Part shown: piece after piece, positions 11,707 through 24,770 of the stretch | Position numbering within the stretch: the stretch's first letter is position 1 | Layout: every line of letters starts with the position of its first letter | NCBI RefSeq assembly: GCF_006345805.1 | Contig: NC_043015.1 | Span: 16,616,001 to 16,680,000, forward strand | Source of the DNA: Octopus sinensis | Lineage: Eukaryota | DNA: 64,000 bases | Direction: 5' to 3' | The notes under the pieces: model-generated | Seen by the model: the letters and a program-made list of their open reading frames with translations, nothing else | Told to the model about the DNA's origin: nothing | Database searches by the model: none | Position numbers and translations under genes: made by a program

Positions 11707-12988
11707 TACTTGGGTTGACTGAAAAGTTCATAGGCTGACCAAGATACTCTCATGGAATGTGAACAAGTGAGGTTTAATTTTCACCATAGTCGCCCTTGTG
11801 GTCTACATACTTCTTCCGTCAGTGTTGCAGTGCTTCGATTCCATTGGTGAAGAAACTTAGAAACTTTCATCTTGTTGCTCAAAAAAGTTATCATCAGCAG
11901 ATATGATGTCATCATCATTGTGATACTGATTCTCAGCCAAGTGTTTTTTCATATAGAGTAAAAGATGATAGTCATATGAGACTAAATCAGGAGAGTAGAT
12001 GAGACTGATCAACCAGTTGAAAGCCACAGTCATTCACAGCAGCCATTAAAACCATGGACTTGTGTGCTGCAAGTTTCTTAGGCATTGTCCAGTTTCTTAG
12101 GCATTTAGTCGAGATAGCCTTTCATAACTGCCTCAGCAAGTTTGCATAGTACTCTCCATTGATGGTGTGGCCCTTGTGAAGGTATCAATAAACACAATGC
12201 CTTTTGTATCCAAAAAAACTGAGGCCATCACCTTCCCTGCAGATGAAATGACCTTGGCCAACTTTGTTAAGGAGGGATGTTTCCACTACATGGATTGTCT
12301 CTTTGTCTCTGGCTCGAAGTTATGAAGCCAACACTCATCCTGAGTTAGGAAATGCTTCAAGAAATCAACTGGATCTGCCTCACACAATGTCAGATTTTCC
12401 CATCCCTTGATGTGATCAGCCTGGTGCATATTTTGATCAGGTGTCGGAAGACATGACATCCACCAAGTAGAAATTTTCATTATGCCAAGTTCATTGTACA
12501 GAATATTCTCAACTCTCCCACAGAATATTCTAATAGCTATTGGCTATTTCAATTATAGTCAGTCACCTGTCATCCATCACCATGTGGTGAATATGATCAA
12601 TGTTTGCTTCAATAGTGGCAGTTGCAGGATGTCCAGACCACGAGTCATCTTCAAGACTCTCCCTTCCTCTCCTAAATTCAGCAGCCCACTTTTGCACTAT
12701 TGTGGGAGCTTCATCATCTAATGCAGCAACCATGTCAACATAAATGTCCTAAACCCATTTTCTGCATGTACTTGATAACACTACAATGCCAAATTTTTAT
12801 CTATTTTCAAGAGAAGTTGCTACTGGTTATGTTTGAAGTCTTCTTTGAACAGCCAGGTGTCAGTTTACCGAGAAAGAAGCAATCCAGTTATTAATAAAAA
12901 GGGTTGAAATTAATGCATTCAAGATTTCGCAGCTCTAGTATCAATCCTTCATAATTAGCCTATGAAATCTTCAGCCCACCCTCATGTA
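11707..12988 (-). mobile_element. mariner element, full length but degraded
   Basis: FLTQDECWLHNFEPETKRQSM (GDETW.H.YEPE motif); imperfect TIRs tacttgggttgactgaaaagttcataggct / tacatgagggtgggctgaagatttcataggct; ~1.28 kb. Confidence 0.88.
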
Positions 12989-13675
12989 ACAAAGCATGGC
13001 TATTACGAGTACAACCAGCGTTGTCATCAGACACAAACAGGACTAAACAAATCTTTGATTATAATTTTACAACTTAAATATAGTTGTAAAGGATTTATGT
13101 TCATTTTAAAGAGAACTGGAGATTCATGTACTACCAAGTGAACTACTGAGATGCAGAGAATTAAAAATATCTCTTGTTACAGGGACTTATAAAATCTGTA
13201 TTTAGAACTAGATTCAGTAGTTTTAATCTGAAAATATATTGATCCCTCTTTGGATGGGACTATTTTCAGTTGACTCAGAAAGCTGGTAGCTATTTCCAGT
13301 AGAATTTAATCTTTATTGGGAGACACAATGAAACCCTCTGAACCGAGAGAACATCTTTTTTTTTTTTCCCCCATTTTAACTAATGGTATATGTTTCTAAT
13401 CATATTTAACGCTTCCCACAGCAATCAATTTGTGGTGAATGTTTAAAATTATTCATTTTCCACAAAAGCAATAAATCTAAAAGTAGCTTCATTCAGGTAT
13501 TGTTATAGGTTTGATTAAATCCACAAAGATCTGCAGTGTACACACACACACACACACACATATACATATCAATATATGCACATATATAGACATAAATATG
13601 TATGTGTGTGTTTGTGTATATATATATATATATATACACAGACACACACACACACACACACACATACATACATAT

Positions 13676-14385
13676 CATCATCATTCATCATCATCGTTCA
13701 TCATCATCATCGTTTAACGTCCGTTCTCCATGCTAGCATGGGTTGCACGGTTCGACCAGGGATCTGGGAAGCCAGAAGGCTGCACCAGGCTCCAGTCTTA
13801 TCTGGCAATGTTTCTACAGCTGGATGCCCTTCCTAACGCCAACCACTCCGTGAGTGTAGTGGGTACTTTTTATGTGCCACCTGCACAGGTGCCAGGCGAG
13901 GCTGGCAATGGCCACAGTCGGATTGGTGTATTTTACGTGCCACCGGCACGGAAGCCAGTCGAGGTGGCGCTGGCATCGGCCACGAGTCGGATAGTGCTTT
14001 TTACGTACCACCTGACCAGGGATCCTGGCTGGTTCAATTCGATTTCGCTTGCCCCAACATGTCTTCGCAAGCAAAGGGGGTTGGCATGGGTGCCTGTCGT
14101 TGGATGAGGTTCTATATCGACTTCGCTTGCCTCAACAGGTCTTTGTGTCCAAGGGAGGAAAGGCATTCATAAGTGGGCCGGGCTCACTTGTCCTGCCTGG
14201 TCTTCTCACATACAGCATATTTCCAAAGGTCTTGGTCGCTGGTCATTTCCTCAGTGAGGCCTAAAGTTCAAAGGTCGTGCTTCACCACCTCGTCCCAGGT
14301 TTTCCTGGGTCTACCTCTTCCACGGGTTCCCTCAACTGCTAGGGATTGGCACTTTCTCACACACCTATCTTCATCCATTCTCGCC
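13676..14385 (-). mobile_element. RTE-clade LINE 3' end with (GAT)n tail
   Basis: VARMDEDRCVRKC...GTRGRGRPRKTWDEVVKHDL; 3' UTR with ggaagggcatccagctgtaga; tail seen on + as catcatcatcgtttaacg. Confidence 0.9.
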
Positions 14386-14825
14386 ACATATATATTTGCA
14401 TACTTACAAATACATACATATAGACATACATACATGCATACATACAGACATACATACATATATACATGCATACATACATACATACATGCATACACACATA
14501 CATGCATACACACATACATGCATACATACATATGCACATTCATACATACATACATACATACATATTTACATGCATGCATACATGCATATATGCATGCATA
14601 CATGCATACATGCATGCATACATGCATACATGCATGCATGCACACAAAGATACAGACATACATACATATATATTTGCATTCTTACAAACACATACCTACA
14701 CACATACATACAAACATACACACACACATACATATATACATGCATGCATAAATACATCTGCACATACATACAGATTCATACATGCATGCAAACACACATA
14801 CATACACATATATACACATAGATAT
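14385..14825. repeat. Compound (CATA)n/(CATG)n microsatellite, ~440 bp
   Basis: Direct reading; source of the His/Thr and Met/Tyr/Val pseudo-ORFs. Confidence 0.95.
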
Positions 14826-16494
14826 GCACCACCAGATTTAGACGTATTAGTTTTCCGATTCAGTGTTTTGTCCGACATTTGAAATCAGGATGAAAATTCT
14901 TAAAATATTTGAAACGAACTTAAAATAAAGAAACAGGATAGAAATTGATTGTTGCATAAGAAAATATGATAGCAGAGTGTGTAAAGTAATATTTATGTTG
15001 ACCAATTTCTCAATCATAATGTGACTAACATCTCAGGTGTGGCAGTATTGGTTGACGATATGAATATACGTCAGGTGTGTCCATTAATCTCGTTAATTTA
15101 AGGAAAGTGATCCTCTCTAAAATTAATGATGATTATCTTGTTGCTAGCGGTGGTGGTGTTTTGTGTGTGTGTGTATTTGATATTGTTGGCATTGTTATTG
15201 TTGTTGCCCTCTCTTCCAGTTATCTGATCAAATGGCTGAATTGCAGCCACACATATATTGTTCCTGATATACATATGACTGCATCAAGCTGACACCATAG
15301 GGCACGGGTTCGATGTGTGTCGTGGGAAATGCGGCCACGTCTACCTCTTGTGCTATCTCTAGTGAACATCTAATTCTAGTGAGTTCTAATTTTAGATGTT
15401 GTTGTCCAGCTCCCAGATCATCTCTAATCTAGAAATCATTTGCTTAAAGACGTTCTAGCCATGACCATCCTGTCTTTTGGCTATGAGTAATGTTGAAATT
15501 ATATTATCTACAATAGCCTTTCTTTCTTATAACAGTAAGGCGTGAGCTGAGTGAGGTTTAGCTGCTTTTTCTATCGGGTCTTGACGATAGCCAATTGACA
15601 GCTTTGCAGTAATTGTTGTGGTTCTCTATGTTCTGAGATCAAATCCAGCTGAAGTCAAATTCTTTCAGAGTCAATAGATAAACTACTAGATATAGCTACC
15701 TCACCTGGGAATTGCACTGACCCCATTAAGGGCCCAACACAAGGCATTTGAATAAATCACAGAGTTGGTCTGAGCAGAAATGTGTAGGTTGGTTGTGGTT
15801 GTGGTTGTGGTAGTGGTAGTGTTGATGATGCAAGTAGTGGTGGTGGTGGTGATGATGGTATAGGTTGCAGAAGTGATGGTGGTTGGGGTCATGGTGATAG
15901 TGGTGGTCCTTTTTGCAAGGAAAGGTCAGTTTTGGAGTAGTTGTAGCTGTTTAGTCACAATTCAGCCCAGGTCCTTCAAACCTAGAATCAAAGACACTCC
16001 ACCCATGACATACTCTTTGGATTAACTTTTCACACTATCCCACCACTTGTTGAAAATATTAAGTAGCAATAATATACTGTTCCTGTTTATCTCATCTAAT
16101 TCTCTTTCTCAGGTTTTGAGGCATTGTGTAGGCTATGGGCACTGCCTTACTTTCTTTCACTAATTAATTAGCATGCTTTATGCACAAATACATTATATGC
16201 ATATATATGTGCATTAGTCTATGATTGTTACATGCACATACTGCATGCACATGTATATATTCATTTGTTTGTGTTCGTACATACATAAAAACAACACAAG
16301 AATCCCAAAACGAACTTCAATACAATATATCTCAAAATAACGAGGGGAATATCCGAGTGGATTTCGACATCAAATTACCAATCGAACCCCGGTGGATCCA
16401 GGTACACTCCACGGCTGGCCATTTTCCTGGTTCACAGTCTATTATGCTTGTACGTAAGTATGTATGTATATGTGTATGTATGTATGCATCTTTT

Positions 16495-16790
16495 ATCTTC
16501 TATCTTTTACTTGTTTCAGTCATTAAACAGTGGCCATGCTGGGGCACTGCTTTGAAGAATTTTTAGTCGAATGAATCAATTCCAGTACTTTTTTTAATTC
16601 TTCTATCAGATGATTTGCTGATCTGCTAAGTTACAGGAATGTAAACACATGGACACCAGTTGACAAGTGGTGGTGTGGGACAAACATAGACTCAAAGACA
16701 CTCACACAGATATATATACGATGGGCTTCTTTCAGTTTCCATCTACCAAATCCACTCACAAGGTTTTTGGTCAGCCTGAGGCTAAAATAG
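16495..16790 (-). mobile_element. SINE family B copy (head truncated)
   Basis: cttgtttcagtcatt...ggccatgctgg...gggcttctttcagtttccatctaccaaatccactcacaagg. Confidence 0.75.
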
Positions 16791-17033
16791 AAGCCAATAA
16801 ATCAAGGCATGTACATTAAAATAAATATTCTATATATATCCTTGGAACCATGTTTATAAAATCATGTGGACCCGTCTCTTCATCATCAGCAAGTGATAGA
16901 GTAAACATCAACAATATGGCTGAGGGAAGAAAATATTTCAATGAAGTGTCTGCATACTAAATACAAATTACACTCCCACTACTGTATTTTCTATATTTTC
17001 CTAAACTTCCAATTATTTAATTGGAATTATCAA

Positions 17034-17074
<41 letters not shown>

Positions 17075-17110
17075 CACAACTAAGGATAAAATCATTATAA
17101 AAATAACGAT

Positions 17111-17445
17111 CTTATCAGTGGCCAGTATGTAATAAAAACAATATAGGTAAGAATTAATATAGATATATAATTATATAGATGTAATTATGATTAAGAGTAC
17201 CGAGAAACAGCACCTATACGCTAGAAATAGATGTCAAATGACTCTAAAACCACTTCATTTTTTTACACTCCATTAGCACAGGTGCCAAATTTTTTTTATT
17301 CATTTACCTCACTTTCAACCTGTGCTAATGGAGTGTAAAAAAAAATTATGTGGATTTAGAGTCATTTCACATCTATTTCTAGCATGTATGTGCTGTTTCT
17401 CAGTACCCTTAATTATAATTATATCTATATTATTATATATCTACA

Positions 17446-17516
<71 letters not shown>

Positions 17517-17568
17517 TATATATTTACATATATATATATATAACTTTTAGTCTTGCCAACTGACAAGA
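17111..17568. repeat. Fold-back (inverted repeat) element with a 34-nt spacer and (TA)n expansion in one arm
   Basis: 17160-17283 is the reverse complement of 17318-17445 with scattered mismatches; outer cttatcagtggccag / cttgccaactgacaag also roughly pair. Confidence 0.8.
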
Positions 17569-18779
17569 ATATACTTCTCAAATGTGGTTTTTAAAAAGAG
17601 TGAAATATGCCTATTGCTTAATGACAAGATTTACTCCCACTGCACCATTTTTATTATTTTCCAAAAATTTCAATGGGGATATTATTTGGAATTATCTCCT
17701 AAACTTCTTGCTTTTTAGATACTAATTCTATAGATAATCTTAATTAAGTGAAGTTTTTCAGTTCACTGGACTATATATATGACACCCTACTATATACTGT
17801 TAGTGCGAACAGTATGAAAGTGCTATTGGTTTGCATGTTTGCACACTAGCATTGCTTCAATTTTCAAAAACTTGCAGAACATAGCAAAACACCCCAAAAA
17901 TGTTACTATCCCATGAGGTTTCCTTCCAATTCCGTTCTGTTTTATAAATAAATGTTGCTACATTTCTTGCCCTTCACTGCTCACCATAATCAAGATTCCA
18001 TTACATTAATACCCTGGATCATGTGCAGACACACCTCTTACTCCAATTTCATCCAATCAGGAATGGATAAAATTTGATGACTTTTTGACAAGACCTTCCC
18101 AAAAAATTAAGAGGATTTTGTTAGCCTTTTTGGCACAGATTGGAATATTTAATTTCATTGGTCACATGAAACCTGTTACATAAAACTTGTAGGAAAATGT
18201 ATCTGTTTTATTTGATTATATTTTGTCAAAATTGCTAGTTTTGGCAACGTATGTTTGTTTCAGAAAGCTTACATTGAACTAACTTCCTTCTATAAAATGA
18301 ACAATTTTTAACTAGTTCAATAGAGTCATATTTAACATGATTTTCAAAAGCTCAATGCACAGACATATTTATATTGACATACACATTATGAGAAGATTCT
18401 CACACAAGCATACATTTTAATAGAAGACTACTATTGCACATTGTTATATTAACATACATGTAATATAAAAAGAATGTTCTTACACAAACATATTCATATT
18501 GACATACATGTATTTATTACGACAAGACAAATCATTCTAAGTTCAAATTCCGCCAAGGTTGACATTGCCTTTCATCCTTTCAGGATAGATAAATTAAGTA
18601 CCAGTCAAGTACTGGGGTTGATGTAATCGACTTAACCACTCCCCACAAATTTCAGGCCTTATGCCTAGAGTAGAAAGGATTATGACAAAACAAATCATTT
18701 TATATTGTTATTTGAAATACGTGAATTTCTTCATAAACAGTTTAGTGACATTATGAATGCTACCATATTTTTTTGATAA

Positions 18780-20503
18780 CACAGGGGAACATTTCAAAAA
18801 AAGCTTTTAGTTGTCTTGCTTTTTACAATTAGTCCTACCTAATTTGATGGTGTTGGGTTAAGAAATACCCCAGAAATTTTCTATCATGTCAAGTTTTTTG
18901 TTAAACAGGAATTCATTTTTTCTTTACCAAAAAATATCAATTTTGCCATTAAATGCAATACTGAAATAAGAAACTAACACAAACCAAATAGTACTTCTTA
19001 TTGTTTAACAGATATATTACACAAAATATTGAATTATACGTCTTAGAATAGATATTTCTGTCAAACTGGAGTCTGAGCTACTCAAAGAATGAACTTTCTT
19101 TTTGTCGCTTAATGAGAATAAATTGCATCATGACAGTCTCTTTGCAGTGATCAGCAGTAGACAACACCATGTTGGTGTTCCACCTACTTTGATACCTTGT
19201 CCCCATGTTTTCGATGTATTGGTGGAATCTTTTTCCTTTCTCATCACTATTGCCTTTGGATTTTCAAGGAAATAGTCCAGATGATTGTGCAGGAAATGAA
19301 CATTTACACTCATGTTGCATCTCAGTGCTCAAAAACTGGTTAACAAGGTCTACACAAGTTCTTCATAATTTGATGGCTTCCCATTTCTCAGGAAATCAGA
19401 TACAACTGCAACAAAAGCATTCCATGCTTCTTTTTCAATGCCAGACATGGTTTCCAAAAATAGCTCATCCAGTAATAGTCACCTATTACTCAAACACTCC
19501 AACCTTATTTTTCTCACAAGACAAAGTTGGAAACTTTCTGCTTAAGTATTTGAAGCAGTCACTGTCTCAGTGTTTCAACACATGTTTTGCACACTATATG
19601 GGATACCCAAGCTTTGTCTTGTCACCCTGTTTCATGCTAAAGTAAGTAAGGAAGTAAGGTAACCTTTCTTCATAAAATCTGTGATTTTGTTTCACTGCCT
19701 AATCCAGAAGTAAGCACAAGACATCGGGACTGCTTTTACATTCTCTTCTTCCACAACTGACCATATTTCTGAAATAAAAGACTTGTTCAAGCCAGATGTC
19801 AGCTGAGAAAGCATTTTCAGAATAGTCAACAGTTATAAAGTAAGCAAATGCAGATTTGTGATGGCAAAGTTTCATAATACCATGTAGTTCTTTTTACAGT
19901 TCATTGACCATGCTTAACAAAAAGTGACCTTGACCCATGTGACCTCACAATCAAAACAGTAAGGGCACATTCAAAATATCAATTTTCATAAGAGATAGTT
20001 AAAAGTTCAACAAAACATGCTTCATCTAGTTTGCAATGATAGTTACACTAAATTAAGCAAAGCATGGGTATATCTGCGGATAAATTCGGTGAATATGAGT
20101 TGTATGGTGTCAAGGGCCACAAAAATAGGTTGTTTCTTAACATCTGATCATATAAAGGACATTTCTGTCATCATCATGACATTTGGAATCGGTTTGGTTG
20201 AAAATACTGAAAGTTGCTGAAGTTTGATACATTTTATCTACTAAAGATACTTAAGTCATAAATGACATAGAAAAAACTGTTTTCAAAGTTATGTCAAGCT
20301 CCATACATAGGTTTGCATTTGATGAAGTCAAATCTATCCTTAGAAATGGTGACAATACCAGAAATGTTGAAAAATGGTCATCTCAGTTTGTGAAGAATCT
20401 CAACGTGATAGAGTAAAATAGATTTCATTTTTGAAATCAGCACTCCTGAATTAGTAGGAAACATGTCTCCAACATCGGACAACAAAAACCCTGTTCCCCA
20501 GTG
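18780..20503 (-). mobile_element. Chapaev3-type (CMC) DNA transposon, internally deleted
   Basis: MSVNVHFLHNHLDYFLEN... matches the MS.K.HFLHSHLD.FPENLG motif; TIRs CAC(A/T)GGGGAACA at both ends; TAA on both flanks (TWA-type TSD). Confidence 0.8.
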
Positions 20504-22429
20504 TAATAGGAATTCTTCCATATAACTGGAATATTATTTTGTTGATATGTACTTATCTAACTTTTGGTTGACTTTACCATGCATCATCAACTGATACATT
20601 TTTATGCCTGATTTGTGCTTTCAGATGTACTCTGATTTTATATTGCACTATGCTGCATACTATAATTTCTAGCTTATCTCTGACATATTCTCTTTTGATT
20701 AGGATTCTGGTAGGATGAATATAATGTCTTCATATTATTGTCAGTATATTTCAGTATATTTACCTCAATTATTATAATACACTATGCTTCTTGCTGTTAT
20801 TTTATCCTGTACTGTATTTTAGTTTGGACTATTGAGATCAACCTAATTGTTTTTAACAAATTAAATCAATTTTGAAATACAAGCATTCCACCTATTTGTA
20901 ATATTTTCCTATTATTAAGCTGCTTTAATTCATTTATTTTTCATTGAAAACGAATTGCTGTGACACTTCCAAACCTTTCCATGTTACTTTAGTTTATCTA
21001 TATTGACATACTACAACCTCTCCTGATATTTTTGCTTGATAAATGTTGACACGTGTTACCATCACTTCAACATAACTCTTTGACTTCCTCAAAATTTCTT
21101 TCTCTTTCATTTTAGTCTCCTACATAATTCTTCAAATTTATTACATTAAACATTCATAGATTATTTGTAAGAATGTTTAATTTGACTAGTAGCACCTGCG
21201 AAAATTCCACTGCTATTTCTGAAATTGTATGGTGGAATTGTGTATGTTTCTGAAGCATTTGATACTTGAAATGGTGTAAAAGTTCACCTCAGTAGTATTG
21301 TAGATGCAATCTTAAAAAACAACATAACTGAAAGCTATATTCTTTTGTCTTCTACTTTCTCAGTTGTTATTTATAATTTTTCACTTTATTTCAAGAAGTA
21401 AATGATCTTAACTAAGAAACAAAATCAAAGACACTATCTATAATATATAATATATAATGTTGTTATTGTATGCTGGTAAAGTTTTAAGAAATGTGGTAAC
21501 TTGAAAAAAAAAAACTATGAAACTGCTGTACCCTAACACATTCTTTCTCTTGTTAGCAAACATTGTTTATTGTTGTCCATATTTTATAAACAAATATAGG
21601 CAGCATTTGAGAAAACAGTAATTAATTACATTAAAATGCATTATTAAATAATGAGTGATATAAAAATTATAGAAAAAAACCATAAAAGAACAACACTTTC
21701 TATGGTCTAGCTACCACTGGTGCCTCCGTTAACCAATATCCCCACTGACACCTCCATAACTTATCAGTAACAAGGCTCAATTGAAGTTATTTGCCAATCA
21801 AGCTTCTTTTCATTTCAGTTCAGTTTAACAATCTACCTATCTGTCAGACTGTCTGTTTGTCTGTCCATCCATCTGTCCATCAATCAATTAATCAATCAAT
21901 CATATCTACTCTTCTTTCTGTCACTTCAACTAACTATTAAACCACATAACATAATAACCACCACTTTCTCCTAGCTCTCGCTCCTAATATCCTTCTCTTT
22001 CTCTCTCTCTCTTTTCACCTAACCACATGATAGTATCACACATTTGGTTTTACTGTATTAATATATAAATGATGTTGGGAAACAATTTTGGACATAATTT
22101 CTGTTGAGTTCATTTTTTCACTTGACTTAGACTAAAATTAGCAAACTGATTCCAAAATTATAGTCAGTTTTCTTCTTTTTCAATTTTTTATTTTTCCTAT
22201 AGCTTACTCTCTGAATAAGCACAATTGTATTGTTTGTCCATAAGTAATAAATCTGATCAGCTGATTGCTTTTATTATTTTATTGAAAAGGAGTGAGAACT
22301 TTTCAGAAGTGGTGACTTCAGGTTGAGTTTTGAAATGTGTGGCAGCTTATAGTCAGCTTCAAGTCTTCCTCCAATGTCACAATCATTGACCAATCCTCAG
22401 CTGGTCTTCAGCACTTAAGACTTAACTTT

Positions 22430-23770
22430 TTGTCCCTAGAGGCTGAAAGCTAATTTGGTGCTAAGATGCATGAAATTACATGAATGTGGCCAAGATATGA
22501 AAGTGACAAACACAGCAGTACAAAGGATTTGAAGTTTGGAGGCCAGAAAACAGATTTGTTCAGTGGAGAATATAAGGCAAGGCTTTGAAGAGAGTGAACT
22601 GGTGGTTTGAAGTGTGAAGGAATTCTGTTGTAGAGTCCAATACTTTATGTCATTATCTCTCCATATTTGTGAGGAATACACAGACATAGAGTCATTGAGT
22701 TGTTACAATATCATAGACACAATTGGATCATCTGTGATTACCTTAAACTGATATGCTTCCTTCTTGATCAGTAATGTGGATACAAGATCCCTGCTTTCTG
22801 TGCATGTAGGACAGCAAAGCTTAAGAAAATCAATGGGTGCTAAAAAGCATTGGCCTCCAAGATCTGACCTCAAACCTGATGATCCCCACATTCTACATGA
22901 GCCACTTGTTGACATAAAGAAAATTATATTCTCAACTCTGCACATGAGTCTCATGAAATAATTCATTAAAGCATTGCCAGCTGAATGCAACTATTTCAAG
23001 TACCTCATTTTGGCATTTCCTGGCCTGTCAACTGAAAAATACCAAGGCCAATGTGATTGATGGTCTACAGATCCAGCAGCTCATCAAAGATGAACATTTC
23101 ACTGAGACAATCTCAGAACTTGAAAAGAATGGTTGGTTATCATTCAAAGACCTTGACATTAACTTTCTTGAAAATATATGAGCAAAGAATTACACCAAAA
23201 TTATCCAAAAACTATTGGGAAGCTACAAACTGCTTAATTGCTGCATGACTTATTAAGTTGCATTTTCTACAAAGCCATTTTGCTAACTTCCTGGAAAACC
23301 TTGGTAACGTTAACAATGTGTAAGATCTGGAGGTCATGGAGGAACAGTATCAGGGTAGATGGGTTGTAAATATGATGACTGACTATTGTTGGAGCATGAA
23401 GTGAAATTGTCCACAGACTGAACACCCCAGGAAAAGCTATAAGGATAAATTTTTACCTTCACTATTTGCACGCAATTTGACTCACAGTAATAATATCCTT
23501 TGTGTGAACAAAATAAATTTATATAAGCATTACAGTAAAGCAATGTTTTATTATTTTCCATTGTATGTACATTTTTAAAACTGCCAATATAATAGGCACA
23601 AATCTGTTAGATGCAGTATTTTTATGGTTTTTGAGACGAAGTGAGAGCACCCCATAGATCAAAAAGTTGACATGATACAGAGAAACTAGGGTCACTTTTG
23701 GATTTAGAGGCCAAAACTTAGTCAAAAACAAATGTCAGATCTAACTCAATGAAAATTGTGTTCCCCAATG
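22430..23770 (+). mobile_element. Chapaev3-type transposase remnant with right TIR
   Basis: HWPPRSDLKP...PLVDIKKIIFSTLH...LMK; KLHFLQSHFANFLENLG; MEEQYQGRWVVNMMTDYCW; right end tgttccccaatg followed by taa; left end not located. Confidence 0.8.
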
Positions 23771-23857
23771 TAATACAAAGACTCCAAAAGAGAGTTCACC
23801 TATAATAAGTTTCTGACAGCCCCATCTGTTTATTCTCTATTAAGAGATGTGCCCCAA

Positions 23858-23924
<67 letters not shown>

Positions 23925-24049
23925 TCTCAGTGACCACCAGTATGGCTTATGCAGAACTAGATCTACTACAGACCTACTTACTTGACCTACTTGACCATTA
24001 GAGACTTATTACATCACATGCCAATGGGTTTTCACTTTAGAGAAATTTC

Positions 24050-24490
24050 ATGTAAGTAATGTGTTACTATCAGTGAAGCTTTTGTCTGTGTCTGGTATAA
24101 TATCAGGGTATATGTTCATAGAAGTCATTCTGACCCACTCTCTATCAACTTTGGTTTTATTTTGTTTCTCACTCATTTCTTTCAAAAGAATAATTGACAG
24201 CTTGTTGCCACATCCAACAGTACCAATTCTTATGCAGATGACAAAACTCTTCACACCTCTCTAGCTTTTCTTAACCATGTATCTTCTGTAGCCTAGATAT
24301 TACATGCTAAACCAGCTTAGATTCCATGAACAGAAACCTTGAAAGTATTCTTCAGTGGAGCCATACCAAATATCTCTCTTTAAAATTAAACACTACTCAT
24401 ATCATGAAAACAACCATTGCACGACTGCACTACATCCCCTCCTAATCATGAGAGGCACTTAGCTAGAGTCCTTTGGTTTACTCTAAATGC
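24050..24490 (+). mobile_element. Old CR1/Jockey-like LINE RT fragment
   Basis: TSNSTNSYADDKTLHTSL (YADD) at ~24210-24260; otherwise heavily decayed. Confidence 0.5.
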
Positions 24491-24616
24491 TTGGCCTCAT
24501 ACCAAATGCAGTATCTCTACTGGTGAAAGTATATCCTTAGCATATTCAAGACAGCATTCCAAAAAGTGACCCTTCTCTTCACAATGCACTTCTGCTTCCA
24601 TATCTAGAACAGTATT

Positions 24617-24770
24617 TATGTATGTATGTATGTATGTATGTATGTATGTATGTATGTATGTATGTATGTATGTATGCAAGCATGCATGCATGTATGTATG
24701 TATGTATGTATGCATGTATGCATGTGTGTGCATGTATGCATATGTGTGTGTATGTATATATATATATATG
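24617..24770. repeat. (TATG)n/(TA)n microsatellite at an RTE 5' truncation
   Basis: Direct reading. Confidence 0.95.

Noticed and set aside
14173-14882. Several 130-190 aa ORFs rich in H/T/Y/I or M/Y/V/C
   Set aside because: Read-through of (CATA)n microsatellite; the same applies to ORFs at 13.5, 24.6, 39.6, 41.8, 44.3, 50.2 and 61.5 kb
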